A DNA stretch of 38,409 bases from Brevundimonas sp. (lineage in GTDB: Bacteria > Pseudomonadota > Alphaproteobacteria > Caulobacterales > Caulobacteraceae). Each line of letters starts with the position of its first letter. Within the stretch, counting starts at the first letter, position 1. The notes under the pieces are model-generated. The model worked only from the letters and a program-made list of their open reading frames with translations, was not told the DNA's origin and ran no database searches. Shown here piece by piece: positions 7,292-17,413 of this stretch. The stretch spans positions 1 to 38,409 of the forward strand of contig JADCBH010000330.1 in assembly GCA_020253595.1 (NCBI GenBank). The letters run 5' to 3'. The translations under genes were made by a program, and so were the position numbers.

Positions 7292-8344
7292 TCACAGGCC
7301 CAGGCGACGGGCACGGGCGGCGATCTCAAGCAACAGGCGCTCGGCGATCAGGTGTTCGGGCATGCCGGTCGTCTTGGTCATGAGGTCAGCGGTGTTGACG
7401 CTGTCCTGCACCTCGTCGAGCCGGTCCAGGCTCCAGGCCCTGGCCTGACGCAGCATCTCGGCCTCCTGCTTCCAGAAGACCCCCGCAGCCTTGGCGGCCT
7501 CCTTGGCCCCCGCGCCGGACCCTTGCAAAACGTTGATTCGGCGCAGCTTGCCGAGGTGGATCGACGCGGATCGAACAGCCATGACCGCGCTCTCACCCTC
7601 GGCCAGGGCGCGTCGCAGACCACCCTGCGCCGGTCCGGGACGACCGCCAAACGCCTGAAGCGCCGCGTCGGACAGGGACGCGTCGGCTTCCACGCCCAGA
7701 TGCGCTTCCAGTTCCTCGACGTCGATCGTCCGACCGGAACCGGGGCCGATGTAAAGGGCCAGGCGCTCGATCTCCTGACGCATCAGCCCCCGCTCCTTGG
7801 GCAGGCGGGCGACGAAAACGGCGAGCGCATCCGACGTCAGGTTCACCTTGTCCGCAGCCAGCGCTTCACGCGTCATGCGGGCGATGTCGCCAGCCTCGTC
7901 CTCATAGCAGGCGATACCAACCGTGGCCTTGCCGGCCTCGGCGGCCTTCCTCAGTGCGGAGTCGCGGCCCAAGGCGCCGGCCTCGACGACCAGCATGGCG
8001 TCGGGGTTGAAGCCGCCCTCGCCGTGGGTCTTGAGCGCGGAAGCGACAGCCTTGTCGATCGAAGCCTTGTCCGAACCCAGCCGCACGCGGACGAGGCGCC
8101 GGCCGCCGATCATGGACAGCGCCGTAAGGGCCTCCTCCAGCCGGGTCTCGTCGGCGTCGATGTCGCTGTCGGTCAGGACGGTGACATTGAAGGGGTCATT
8201 CAGGTCCGGCGTGATGGCCTTGCAGAGGATCTCGGCGCGCTCAGCGACGCCGGATCGGTCCTTGCCGTGGATAACGGCGGCGCGGATGCCCGCGTCAGGC
8301 TTCGACAGGAAGCGATCGACCTCGGGCCGCTTCGCCAGAATCAT
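7292..8344 (-). CDS. holA: DNA polymerase III subunit delta
   Basis: Alphaproteobacterial HolA pattern (HGKDRSGVAER, EIERLALY, VFWKQ); third gene of the leuS-lptE-holA operon. Confidence 0.9.
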   Translation of the reverse strand: MILAKRPEVDRFLSKPDAGIRAAVIHGKDRSGVAERAEILCKAITPDLNDPFNVTVLTDSDIDADETRLEEALTALSMIGGRRLVRVRLGSDKASIDKAVASALKTHGEGGFNPDAMLVVEAGALGRDSALRKAAEAGKATVGIACYEDEAGDIARMTREALAADKVNLTSDALAVFVARLPKERGLMRQEIERLALYIGPGSGRTIDVEELEAHLGVEADASLSDAALQAFGGRPGPAQGGLRRALAEGESAVMAVRSASIHLGKLRRINVLQGSGAGAKEAAKAAGVFWKQEAEMLRQARAWSLDRLDEVQDSVNTADLMTKTTGMPEHLIAERLLLEIAARARRLGL

Positions 8345-8354
8345 GAGAGGGGGA

Positions 8355-8852
8355 TCACTCCGAGAGCGCCCGCAGCAGATCGAGACGGATCAGGCGGGCC
8401 AATTCGGCGGCGGCGCGATCCTCGCCATCCTGCTGGGCGGCGATGGAGGCATAGGGTTGATCGGCCGAAGCGTAGGTCGTCGTCACCGCCTGGACGCCGG
8501 TGATTGGCACGCCGCCTGAGGTCGGCGTCAATGTCCAGGTGGCGCGGACCGTAAGTTCATACCGGGTGGCGGTATCGTCGATCCGGCGGCCGAGCGGGCG
8601 ACGGTTCTGCTCCACCGCCGTCTCCAGCCGATAGAGAGGCGCGGCCGAGCGGTCCCAGGCCAGAGCGTCCTCAAGCTGCTCGCGCAGGCGGTAACCCAGA
8701 CGATCGTCCTGGGTCGACACAGCGATACGCCGGATCGGAGACCCCTGCGCTGTCTCTGCATACATCGGCGTGAAGCCGCACCCAGCCAGCAGAAGGGCGA
8801 TGGACAAAAGTCCAGCCACAGGCGTCAGCGCAGCCAGGCGTTCCCGGCTCAT
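8355..8852 (-). CDS. lptE: LPS assembly lipoprotein LptE
   Basis: Lipobox LAGC followed by GFTPMY; lies between leuS and holA. Confidence 0.85.
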   Translation of the reverse strand: MSRERLAALTPVAGLLSIALLLAGCGFTPMYAETAQGSPIRRIAVSTQDDRLGYRLREQLEDALAWDRSAAPLYRLETAVEQNRRPLGRRIDDTATRYELTVRATWTLTPTSGGVPITGVQAVTTTYASADQPYASIAAQQDGEDRAAAELARLIRLDLLRALSE

Positions 8853-11443
8853 CCGGCCACCAGATTGATAATGCGGTCGGGCACGACGATGACCTTGCGA
8901 ATGGATTGGCCGTTGGCCTCCAGATACGCCTTCACCGTCGCATTGGCGAGCGCTTCAGCCTCGACCGCGGCGGTATCTGCACCGCGCGGCATGGAGATCT
9001 CGGCGCGCCGCTTGCCGTTGATCTGGATCGGCAGCACCACTTCATCGTCGGCCGCCAGCGCCGGGTCGTAGGTCGGCCAGGGCGCGTTCAGGACCATCCC
9101 GGTTTCGCCCAGACGGGTCCAGCATTCTTCGGCCAGATGCGGGGTAACGGGCGCGATCAGACGCGCAAGCGCCGACAGGGCCTCGCGCTTGGCTGCGCCG
9201 CCCGCGCTCTCGTGATCGCGCACGGTGGCGACGAAGGCGTAGAGCTTGGCGATGGCGGAGTTGAAGCGGAAGCCTTCGACCCCGTCCGACACGGCCTTGA
9301 TGGCCTTGTGGGTCTCACGGATGAGGGCGGCATCCTGATCCGTCGCGGGGCTTTTGGCGTCGAAGCCGTCGAACAGGGCCCAGACGCGCTGGACAAAGCG
9401 GCTTGCCCCCTCGACCCCTCCCGGCGTCCACTGCACGTCGCGCTCTGGCGGACTGTCGGACAGGACGAACAGGCGGCCAGCGTCGACGCCGTGGCTTTCC
9501 AGGATTTCGGCGGGGGCGACCACGTTCTTCTTGGACTTCGACATCTTTTCGATGTCGCCGATGACCAGGGTCTCGCCCGTTGAGCGCTGGCGGGCGGATC
9601 GCTTGCCACCGTCGTTCGAAAGCTCGACGTCGGTCGGTTCAACCCAGCCACCGTCGGTCCGGCGGTAGGTCTCGTGGACCACCATCCCTTGTGTGAACAG
9701 GCCCGCGAACGGCTCCTTCACTGACAGCATGCCGGCATCCGACAGGGCTCGGGTGATGAAACGGGCATAGAGCAGGTGGAGGACCGCGTGTTCGACGCCG
9801 CCGATGTACTGATCCACGGCCAGCCAGTGATCGGCTGCCGCCTTGCTGATCGGCTCGGACACGGTCGGATCAGTGAAGCGTGCGAAATACCAGCTGGAAT
9901 CGACGAAGGTATCCAGCGTGTCTGTCTCGCGATGGGCGTCCGCGCCACAGGACGGGCACTTCACGTGCTTCCATGTCGGATGACGGTCGAGAGGATTGCC
10001 AGGAACGTCGAACGTCACATCGTCGGGCAGGACGACCGGCAGCTGTTCCGCAGGGACCTCGACCACACCACAGGACGGGCAGTGGATGATCGGTATGGGG
10101 CAGCCCCAATAGCGCTGACGGCTGACGCCCCAGTCACGCAGCCTGTAGATGGTGGCACCCTGGCCATGGCCAGATGCCTCCAGCCGACGGATCGCCTCGG
10201 CCTTGGCCTCCTCGACGCCCAGGCCGTCCAGGAAGTCTGAGTTGAAGATCCGACCCGGACCGACATAGGCCTCAGTGCCGATCTCAACGCTTTCTGCTCC
10301 TTCGGGCCGGACGACCGGAAGCACCGGCAGGCCGTACTTGCGGGCGAAGTCCAGATCGCGCTGGTCGTGACCCGGGCAGCCGAAGATCGCGCCGGATCCG
10401 TAGGTCGACAGCACGAAGTTGGCCGCCCAGACCGGCACGGTGCGATCCGGATCGAAGGGATGGCGTACGCGCACACCCAGATCCACGCCCAGCTTCTCGG
10501 CCTTCTCGATATCGGCCTCGGACGTCCCGGTCTGGGCGCAGGCCTTGATGAAGTCCGCGACATCGGGCCTATGCTCGGCGATGGCCCTGGTCAGGGGGTG
10601 GTCCGCCGACAGAGCCAGAAAGCTGGCCCCGAAGAGGGTGTCAGGTCGGGTCGTATAGACTTCGATCGGGTCGCGGTCGTGGCTGGGCTCGCCCTCAAGC
10701 GCACGGGCCAGGAAGGGTGGAACCTCAGCAATGTCCCACCACAGGGTCGCGCCCTTGGACTTGCCGATCCAGTTTTCCTGCATCAGCCGGACCTTCTCGG
10801 GCCAGCGGTCCAGCGTCGACAGCCCCTCGATCAGGTCATCGGCATAGTCGGTGATCCGCAGGAACCACTGGTTCAGCTTGCGCTTCTCGACCAGGGCCCC
10901 CGACCGCCAGCCCCGGCCATCGATCACCTGCTCATTGGCCAGCACGGTGTTGTCGACCGGGTCCCAGTTGACCACCCCGTCCTTGCGATAGACGAGGCCG
11001 CGCCGATACAGCTCCAGGAACCAGGCCTGCTGCTTGCCGTAGTATTCCGGGTCGCAGGTGGCGAACTCGCGCGACCAGTCCAGCGAGAGCCCCAGAAGCT
11101 TCAGCTGGTCGCGCATGTTGGCGATGTTGTCGTAGGTCCAGCCCTTGGGGTGGATGCCCCGCTCCATGGCCGCGTTCTCGGCCGGCATACCGAAGGCGTC
11201 CCAGCCCATGGGATGCAGGACGTCGAAGCCCTGCGCCCGCTTATGGCGCGCCACGACATCGCCCATCACATAGTTGCGGGCGTGACCCATGTGGATGTTC
11301 CCCGAGGGATACGGAAACATTTCAAGGACGTAGTATTTCGGGCGACCCGTATCCCGGGTGACGAAAGCGTCGGCTTGCGCCCAGCGCGCCTGTTGGCGGG
11401 GTTCAGCGGTCTTGGGGTCGTAGCGGGTCGAAGAGGCGGACAC
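8849..11443 (-). CDS. leuS: leucine--tRNA ligase
   Basis: MFPYPSG with HIGH-like HMGH, KMSKS, editing-domain TTRPDT, DTLDTF and YIGGVEHA. Confidence 0.98.
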   Translation of the reverse strand: MSASSTRYDPKTAEPRQQARWAQADAFVTRDTGRPKYYVLEMFPYPSGNIHMGHARNYVMGDVVARHKRAQGFDVLHPMGWDAFGMPAENAAMERGIHPKGWTYDNIANMRDQLKLLGLSLDWSREFATCDPEYYGKQQAWFLELYRRGLVYRKDGVVNWDPVDNTVLANEQVIDGRGWRSGALVEKRKLNQWFLRITDYADDLIEGLSTLDRWPEKVRLMQENWIGKSKGATLWWDIAEVPPFLARALEGEPSHDRDPIEVYTTRPDTLFGASFLALSADHPLTRAIAEHRPDVADFIKACAQTGTSEADIEKAEKLGVDLGVRVRHPFDPDRTVPVWAANFVLSTYGSGAIFGCPGHDQRDLDFARKYGLPVLPVVRPEGAESVEIGTEAYVGPGRIFNSDFLDGLGVEEAKAEAIRRLEASGHGQGATIYRLRDWGVSRQRYWGCPIPIIHCPSCGVVEVPAEQLPVVLPDDVTFDVPGNPLDRHPTWKHVKCPSCGADAHRETDTLDTFVDSSWYFARFTDPTVSEPISKAAADHWLAVDQYIGGVEHAVLHLLYARFITRALSDAGMLSVKEPFAGLFTQGMVVHETYRRTDGGWVEPTDVELSNDGGKRSARQRSTGETLVIGDIEKMSKSKKNVVAPAEILESHGVDAGRLFVLSDSPPERDVQWTPGGVEGASRFVQRVWALFDGFDAKSPATDQDAALIRETHKAIKAVSDGVEGFRFNSAIAKLYAFVATVRDHESAGGAAKREALSALARLIAPVTPHLAEECWTRLGETGMVLNAPWPTYDPALAADDEVVLPIQINGKRRAEISMPRGADTAAVEAEALANATVKAYLEANGQSIRKVIVVPDRIINLVAG

Positions 11444-11503
11444 GGGATTCCTTCAGGCGGCTCCTAGCGGAGAAACCGAAGGAGGCGGTCTAGTTAGCGG
11501 TGT

Positions 11504-11956
11504 TCAGCCCGCGTTGGCGAGGTTCAACTGACGCGCACGGGTCAGGATCGCGTTCTCGAGGTCCGCTTCGGTCTGGGCGGCGACAGGAGCGGCGGTCCAG
11601 CCGCCAGCGGCGTCACGAACCTCCTTGGTGACCGTGACGTTCAGCGCATCGGCACGCAAACGGGTGTCCAGAATGAAAACCGTCGCCTTGAACCGCTCAT
11701 TGGGCGTCTGGGGATTGATGTACCAGTCATAGTTCACCACGCCGCCCCAGGGATCGGCCGTGAGCAGCGGCATGAAGCTGAGCGTGTCGAGCGTCGCCCG
11801 CCAGAGGTATCCGTTCACGCCAATGCCGGTCTGGACATCAGCGCGCTGGGCCTCACGGCCCCCGCCGAACAGCCCGCCGCCGCAGCCGGCAAGCGCAAGG
11901 CCGGATGCCACCAGGACCGCGGCCACAACGACCGTCTTGCCGCGAACGAAGCTCAT
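11504..11956 (-). CDS. DUF3576-family lipoprotein
   Basis: Lipobox LAGC; GVNGYLWRATLDTLSFMPL..ADP.GGV..DWY and LENAILTRARQL. GGAG RBS before ATG 11956. Confidence 0.85.
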   Translation of the reverse strand: MSFVRGKTVVVAAVLVASGLALAGCGGGLFGGGREAQRADVQTGIGVNGYLWRATLDTLSFMPLLTADPWGGVVNYDWYINPQTPNERFKATVFILDTRLRADALNVTVTKEVRDAAGGWTAAPVAAQTEADLENAILTRARQLNLANAG

Positions 11957-12188
11957 TGAGGGACATCTCCAACCAACCAGGGGCATTCGACGGGGCCGGT
12001 CAGGGCACACACGGCGAAGCGACGCTCTATAACACGCTGAAAAGGGGCGATGACAAGGCAAAGACGGCGGTGTCCGCCCATGGCGGCATTCGCGTGGCAG
12101 CCGAAGCCGGCTCGGCGCCGTTCGCGTGACGCTTGCGCCACAGGCCGCGGGAAGAGTGGCGAGAACCCGGTCTCGCGGAGAGGGTTGC

Positions 12189-12217
12189 GTTGACCGGGCG
12201 GTCAACCGGTGTCTAAT
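12189..12217 (+). promoter_or_regulatory. perfect palindrome overlapping a sigma70-like promoter of the ntrZ-like gene
   Basis: GTTGACCG-GG-CGGTCAAC (12189-12206); TTGACC-N16-TCTAAT. Confidence 0.45.
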
Positions 12218-12292
12218 CGACAGATTGCGAACCGATTGTTGTCGGTTTCGCTCCGAGGAACCGACCGCAAGCGTCGGCTCGAAGGGTAGGAT

Positions 12293-12685
12293 ATGCGGCT
12301 GTCGGTCGTCATCGCCGGGGTTGTGGGGCTCGCCGCCTATGTCGGCGTGAGCAACGACGCGTCCGCGCAAAGCCGGTCGCGCGCGCCAGCCGTAACCCTT
12401 GCCGAAGCCTCCACCGCTGCCCAGCGTACGTCACCTGCGCCGCGCCGGAGCCTGCGCTGGAACGAAAACGGCCGCTGGGGCCTGGATTTCAACCTGAGCC
12501 AGCCGGTCGGTCGCGACGCGCAATGGGGCGATGTCGAGGCGGGAGCCTATTACCGCCTGTCGCCCCGACTGCGTGTCGGTGCTACGGCCGGACTCGCCGC
12601 TCCGGAACAGGACCCGGCCCGCGCCGCCGAGACGGATCGCAGGGCCCAACCTCGCGTCCGGCTGGAATCCATCTTCCGCTTCTGA
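12293..12685 (+). CDS. ntrZ: NtrZ-like periplasmic regulatory protein
   Basis: Signal peptide; RWGLDF..QP.....DVEAGAYY.LSP.LRVG and C-terminal FRF. Divergent from DUF3576-leuS, as recalled for Caulobacter ntrZ. Confidence 0.6.
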   Translation: MRLSVVIAGVVGLAAYVGVSNDASAQSRSRAPAVTLAEASTAAQRTSPAPRRSLRWNENGRWGLDFNLSQPVGRDAQWGDVEAGAYYRLSPRLRVGATAGLAAPEQDPARAAETDRRAQPRVRLESIFRF

Positions 12686-12692
12686 TCCGCTT

Positions 12693-14741
12693 TCAGTCGT
12701 CCGGGACGTTTGCGTCCAGTTCGTCAAGCCACGCTCGCGCTGTGCCATCCGATGGGGCACGCCAATCGCCGCGCGGCGACAGTGATCCACCCGTGACCAC
12801 CTTGGGCCCGTTGGGCAAGGCCGAGCGCTTGAACTGGCTCGTCTGGAAGAAGCGGATGAGGAACCGGCGAAGCCAACCCTTGATGGTCACCAGATCGTAG
12901 GCGACGCGGTCGGCTTCGGGATGATGGGCCGGCCAATGGCCACGCGTTCCGTCACCCCAGGCCTGATAAGCCAGATAGGCGACCTTGGATGGGACAAGGC
13001 CGTAGCGGGTGATGTGAAACAGGAAGAAGTCGTTCAGGGCGTATGGGCCCACGGTCGCCTCTGTCGACTGCAGCCTTCCGTCAAACGCCGGGACCAGCTC
13101 GGGCGAGATTTCCGTGTCCAGAATGGCGTGAAGGATTGGGGCGGCCTCCAACATCTCCGGACGCACCGCGACCCAGCGGATGAGATGCCGGATCAACGTC
13201 TTCGCCACCCCGCCGTTCACGTTGTAGTGGCTCATGTGGTCGCCGACCCCGTAGGTCGCCCAGCCCAGCGCCAGTTCCGACAGGTCGCCCGTACCGAGCA
13301 CAAAGGCCTGGTTCTGGTTGGCGAGGCGGAACAGATAGTCCGTTCTCAGACCGGCCTGGACGTTCTCGAACGTAACGTCGTGGACGGGTTTTCCGTCAGC
13401 ATAGGGGTGGCCGATGTCCTTCAGCATCCGCTCGGCCGCCGGACGGATGTCGATCTCTGCGCCCGTCACGCCCAGAGCCTGCATCAGGGCCCAGGCATTG
13501 GATTTCGTTCCCGCCGATGTCGCGAACCCGGGCAGGGTGAAACCCAGGATACTAGTGCGCGGAAGCCCCAAGCGGTCGAACGCGGTGCAAGCGACCAGCA
13601 GGGCCTGAGTCGAGTCCAGTCCGCCAGACACTCCGAGGACGATGCGCTCGCTGCGGGTCGCCTTCATCCGCCGCATCAGGCCCTGGACCTGGATGTTGAA
13701 GGCCTCGAAACAGTCCTGGTCCAGACGCGCCGGGTCGTCGGGCACAAAGGGAAAACGGTCGAGCGGGCGGACAAGCGCAGAGGCTGAGGCCGTGGGGCGC
13801 ACCCGAAAGTCCAGTCGAACGAAACCTTCGTCGTCCAGTTCGCGACGCGCGCAATCGGCGAAGGTGCCCGTGCGCATGCGCTCCAGCCCGATGCGGTCGA
13901 CGTCGATGTCTGCGACCGTGAGATGGTTTTCCAGCGAGAAGCGCTCGCCGGTGGCCAGCCTGGCCCCTAGCTCATGGATCGTCGCCTGCCCGTCCCAGGC
14001 CAGATCGGTGGTGGACTCGCCCCAACCCGAAGCAGCGAAGACATAGGCACCCATCGCGCGCGCCGACTGACTGGCGCAGAGCATGGCCCGCTCCTCGGCC
14101 TTGCCGATGACGATGTTGGACGCCGACAGGTTGCAGAGGATGCGCGCACCCGCCAGCGCCTGGCGGGTTGAGGGCGGAAGTGGTGACCAGAAGTCCTCGC
14201 AAATCTCCAGCCCGACGAGGAAGCCTTGTCGGTCTTCGGCCTGGAACAGTAGCCGTGTCCCAATCCAGCTGTCCGCTCCCGAAACCCGCAGGGTCTCCGC
14301 CCCGATGTCGTCCCCGGACGAAAACCAGCGCTTCTCGTAGTATTCCCGATAGTTCGGCAGATAGGTCTTGGGCACCGCGCCGACAATCTGGCCACCGGCC
14401 AGCAGGACGGCGCAGTTCAGAAGCCGGTCTCCGTGGCGGAGCGGAGCCCCGACGACGACGGCGAGCCCCGCCTCGCCGGCCGCCTGGGCCAGCGTCGGCA
14501 GCTGGACCTCCACCGCATCGAGCAGAGCCGATTGCAGGTGCAGGTCGTCAATGGCGTAGGCCGACAGGCTGAGTTCAGGAAAGACCAGCAGCTCGACCCC
14601 GGCTTCACCGGCCTTGCAGATCAGTTTGAGATGCTCCTCGGCATTGGCCGCTGGGTCCGCGACGTGCACGACCGGCGTAGCGGCACCGACACGGACGAAT
14701 CCATGTGTGCGGGGGCTGTGGAAGGGATGAAGCTCGGCCAA
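12693..14741 (-). CDS. nadE: glutamine-dependent NAD+ synthetase (nitrilase-like glutaminase fused to synthetase)
   Basis: Glutaminase triad motifs FPEL, PK.YLPNY.EYYEKRWF and EICED; synthetase motifs GVSGGLDS, GTGDLSE and SQFKRS. TTG start. Confidence 0.96.
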   Translation of the reverse strand: MAELHPFHSPRTHGFVRVGAATPVVHVADPAANAEEHLKLICKAGEAGVELLVFPELSLSAYAIDDLHLQSALLDAVEVQLPTLAQAAGEAGLAVVVGAPLRHGDRLLNCAVLLAGGQIVGAVPKTYLPNYREYYEKRWFSSGDDIGAETLRVSGADSWIGTRLLFQAEDRQGFLVGLEICEDFWSPLPPSTRQALAGARILCNLSASNIVIGKAEERAMLCASQSARAMGAYVFAASGWGESTTDLAWDGQATIHELGARLATGERFSLENHLTVADIDVDRIGLERMRTGTFADCARRELDDEGFVRLDFRVRPTASASALVRPLDRFPFVPDDPARLDQDCFEAFNIQVQGLMRRMKATRSERIVLGVSGGLDSTQALLVACTAFDRLGLPRTSILGFTLPGFATSAGTKSNAWALMQALGVTGAEIDIRPAAERMLKDIGHPYADGKPVHDVTFENVQAGLRTDYLFRLANQNQAFVLGTGDLSELALGWATYGVGDHMSHYNVNGGVAKTLIRHLIRWVAVRPEMLEAAPILHAILDTEISPELVPAFDGRLQSTEATVGPYALNDFFLFHITRYGLVPSKVAYLAYQAWGDGTRGHWPAHHPEADRVAYDLVTIKGWLRRFLIRFFQTSQFKRSALPNGPKVVTGGSLSPRGDWRAPSDGTARAWLDELDANVPDD

Positions 14742-14802
14742 GGCGCAGTCCTGAGAGTTTTGCTCATATAGAGCCTAAGTCGGTGCGTGGCCACGATAGA
14801 CC

Positions 14803-14837
14803 GTGACCTCTCGCTCGGCGACGGCTAAAGCGCTTCC
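14803..14837 (+). promoter_or_regulatory. sigma70-like promoter, probably giving a leaderless ftsY mRNA
   Basis: GTGACC-N17-TAAAGC-N6-ATG; no Shine-Dalgarno sequence. Confidence 0.5.
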
Positions 14838-15791
14838 ATGACCGACGCGCCCAAGAAGGGCTGGTTCCAGCGCCTGAGCGCGGGGCTGGCCCGCTCCAGC
14901 CAGCAGATGACCGAGACGGTCGTCTCCGCCTTTGTGAAAGAGCCCCTGAGCGAGGAGGCACTCGAAAGGCTTGAGGAGCACCTGCTCGAGAGCGATCTTG
15001 GCCCCGCCGCGACGGACCGGATCGTCGAACGCTTCCGTCAGCTCCGGTTTGGCAAGGTCTCGGACGAGCGCGAGGTCAAGGAAGCCTTGGCCGAAGCCGT
15101 CGCCGCCGAGCTCCTGCCCCGCCAAGCGGGTTTCGATCCTCTCGGCTCTGAGGGTGTTGGCGGGGGCGTCAAGCCTTTTGTGGTGCTGTTCGTGGGCGTC
15201 AACGGCTCCGGCAAGACCACGACCCTGGGCAAGATCGCCGCCGACCTGACCCGGCGTGGAGCCAAGGTGATGATTGTGGCGGGCGATACCTTCCGCGCCG
15301 CGGCCCGCGAGCAACTCAAGGTCTGGTCTGAACGCGCCGGGGCCACCTTCGAGGCACGACGGGACGGAGCCGACGCCGCTGGACTGGCGTTCGACGCCTA
15401 TTCCAGGGCGCGCGAAGAAGGTTTCGACGTCGTTCTGATCGATACGGCCGGCCGACTTCAGAACAAGAGCGCCCTCATGGACGAACTCCTGAAGATCGTG
15501 CGGGTGCTGAAGAAGATCGATCCGGACGCTCCGCACGAGACCCTGTTGGTGCTCGATGCCACGGTGGGCCGAAACGCCCTGGCCCAGGAGCAGATCTTCG
15601 GCCGTGCCGCTTTCGTCTCTGGCCTGGTGATGACCAAGCTGGACGGGACGGCGCGGGGCGGGGTGCTGGTCCCTGTCGCGCAGGCTTCGGACGCCCCGAT
15701 CAAGCTGATCGGTGTGGGTGAAGGCATAGACGACCTGCAGCCGTTCGACGCTCGGGCGTTTTCCCGATCCCTGGTCGGGCTGGAGGACTGA
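14838..15791 (+). CDS. ftsY: signal recognition particle receptor FtsY (NG domain only)
   Basis: Motifs GVNGSGKTTT, DTFRAAA, DTAGRLQ, TKLDGTARGG and GVGEGIDDL. Confidence 0.97.
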   Translation: MTDAPKKGWFQRLSAGLARSSQQMTETVVSAFVKEPLSEEALERLEEHLLESDLGPAATDRIVERFRQLRFGKVSDEREVKEALAEAVAAELLPRQAGFDPLGSEGVGGGVKPFVVLFVGVNGSGKTTTLGKIAADLTRRGAKVMIVAGDTFRAAAREQLKVWSERAGATFEARRDGADAAGLAFDAYSRAREEGFDVVLIDTAGRLQNKSALMDELLKIVRVLKKIDPDAPHETLLVLDATVGRNALAQEQIFGRAAFVSGLVMTKLDGTARGGVLVPVAQASDAPIKLIGVGEGIDDLQPFDARAFSRSLVGLED

Positions 15792-15793
15792 TC

Positions 15794-16480
15794 ATGGCCG
15801 AGCCCCAGACCCAGGCAGAGACGGCCCCGCCACCCTGGATCCGCCAGCTGGTGGATTTCGGTGCCATCGCCGCCTTCGCCCTGGCCTTTCTGGTCCTGCG
15901 TCTTCAGGGCCTGACCGGCGATGAGGCCTTGGTGAAGGCGACATGGGCCCTGGTCGCCGGCGCGGCCGTCGCCGTGGCGGTTGGTCTTTTCGTCGAGAAG
16001 CGCCTCGCACTCATGCCGCTTCTGGTCGGAGGCTTCGCCCTCGTGTTTGGCGTCCTGACCCTGGTCTTCAACGACGACCTGTTCGTGAAACTGAAGGTCA
16101 CGGTTCTGAACGCATCCCTGGCCTTGGCCTTGCTGGGTGGCGTTCTGTTGGGCAAACAGCCGCTCAAGGCCCTGCTGGGCACAGTCATTCCGGTCAATGA
16201 TCGAGCGTGGCGTATCCTGACGATCCGGTACGGATTCTTTTTTCTCGCCGTCGCCCTCGTGAACGAGGCGGTTCGGTCCGAAGCGCTTGTTGCATGGGCC
16301 GCGCCGAAGTTGGGCCTCAACGGAGTGGATCCCGCCGACGTGTGGGTCAGTTTCCGGGGCGTGCTCTGGATCGCCTCCACCGCCTTCGGCCTGGCGCAAG
16401 TGCCCTTGATCATGAAGAATCTGGTCGAGGACAGCCCCGTGGATCCCTCCGCGCCCGCGCGGCCCGACACCGCCCCTTGA
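15794..16480 (+). CDS. yciB: inner membrane-spanning protein YciB (IspZ)
   Basis: Multiple TM helices; FGVLTL.FNDDLF.K.K.T and NE.VR...WV.F. Follows ftsY. Confidence 0.85.
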   Translation: MAEPQTQAETAPPPWIRQLVDFGAIAAFALAFLVLRLQGLTGDEALVKATWALVAGAAVAVAVGLFVEKRLALMPLLVGGFALVFGVLTLVFNDDLFVKLKVTVLNASLALALLGGVLLGKQPLKALLGTVIPVNDRAWRILTIRYGFFFLAVALVNEAVRSEALVAWAAPKLGLNGVDPADVWVSFRGVLWIASTAFGLAQVPLIMKNLVEDSPVDPSAPARPDTAP

Positions 16481-16549
16481 GGCCCTCTGGAAATCATCTG
16501 TCGTCAAACCGTAAAGCGAGGCTGATAACCCTCCGCACACGGCAAGGGG

Positions 16550-17158
16550 ATGGCGTCTATGGTGAAGTCCGGAAAACAGGCGCGGCGTTCAGGGACGCTG
16601 GCCGACTCTCCCAGTCACTTGATGCACCGAGCGCTTCAGCTCGCGCTTGACGTCTACGCCGAAGAGCTTGGAACCGATGGCCCGACACAGCGCCAGTTCG
16701 CCGTCATGGAAGCCGTCTCGGTCAAGGAGGGGCTAACCCAGACGGATCTGGTCAAGGCCACCGGTATAGATCGTTCCACTCTGGCAGACCTGGTGTCGCG
16801 CATGACCGCCAAAGGCCTGCTGACCCGCGAACGCTCGACATTGGACGCCAGAGCCAAGGCGGTGAGGCTGTCCCCTGAAGGCCAGGCACTGCTCGACGCG
16901 GCCCGGCCCAAGGTGGAGGCCGCCGATCGGCGCATCATGGGTCTGTTGCCCAAGGGCAAGCGCGACGGGTTTCTGGATCTCCTGTCGGAGCTGGCGTCTG
17001 CCGCCGATGCTGCACCGGATCAGGCCAAGGCCGAGGCCAAGGCGCTGAAGAAGGCGCAGAAAGAGGCCAAGAAGGCCGAAAGGGCAGCCAAGAAGGCCGC
17101 CGAGCCCAAGAAGGCCCGAAAAGCCAAGAAAGCGAAAGTCGTCGAGCCCGCCGCCTAG
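16550..17158 (+). CDS. MarR-family winged-helix regulator with Lys/Ala-rich C-terminal tail
   Basis: TQRQF.V, GLTQTDLV..TGIDRSTLADLV.RM..KG...R.RS..DARA..V.L, then about 45 aa of KA-rich sequence. Confidence 0.9.
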   Translation: MASMVKSGKQARRSGTLADSPSHLMHRALQLALDVYAEELGTDGPTQRQFAVMEAVSVKEGLTQTDLVKATGIDRSTLADLVSRMTAKGLLTRERSTLDARAKAVRLSPEGQALLDAARPKVEAADRRIMGLLPKGKRDGFLDLLSELASAADAAPDQAKAEAKALKKAQKEAKKAERAAKKAAEPKKARKAKKAKVVEPAA

Positions 17159-17373
17159 ACGCGGATGTCCAGCAGGGCACCCGGACGTGGGAGCCGGGGA
17201 GACTCGTCTTGGGTCGAGACGGGCGCGGCCAACGGGCTCGCGGGCTTCGACTGCGTCGCTCCAGCGTCAGACAGAGCGGCGCGGAAGAAGGCGGCCTGAG
17301 CGGCGCGCACCTGGGCGGAGGCCCCGGAAACAACTGGCTGTGAGATCGGCAGGTCGGGACGGATCGCGGTCAT
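17155..17373 (-). CDS. small hypothetical protein (72 aa) ending in RPGALLDIRV
   Basis: ATG-started ORF filling the gap between ccmG and the MarR gene; AQAAFFRAAL helix and C-terminal G.LLDI.V motif. Confidence 0.65.
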   Translation of the reverse strand: MTAIRPDLPISQPVVSGASAQVRAAQAAFFRAALSDAGATQSKPASPLAAPVSTQDESPRLPRPGALLDIRV

Positions 17374-17381
17374 GACGACAG

Positions 17382-17413
17382 GGTTAACGATCCCCGTCGA
17401 AAAAAGGTTAACG
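17382..17413 (-). promoter_or_regulatory. two GGTTAACG direct repeats (CtrA half-site-like) upstream of the 72-aa ORF
   Basis: GGTTAACG at 17382-17389 and 17406-17413; each reads TTAACC on the minus strand. Confidence 0.45.

Noticed and set aside
12190-12205. Possible FixK/FNR box
   Set aside because: Spacing is TTGA-N8-TCAA, not TTGA-N6-TCAA; kept only as an unassigned palindrome.
17020-17140. AAGAAGGC/GCCAAG repeats as a DNA repeat array or CRISPR
   Set aside because: Explained by Lys/Ala codons of the MarR tail; there is no constant repeat-spacer period and no cas genes.
17382-17413. Full CtrA site
   Set aside because: The TTAA elements are 20 nt apart, not 7; reported only as half-sites.
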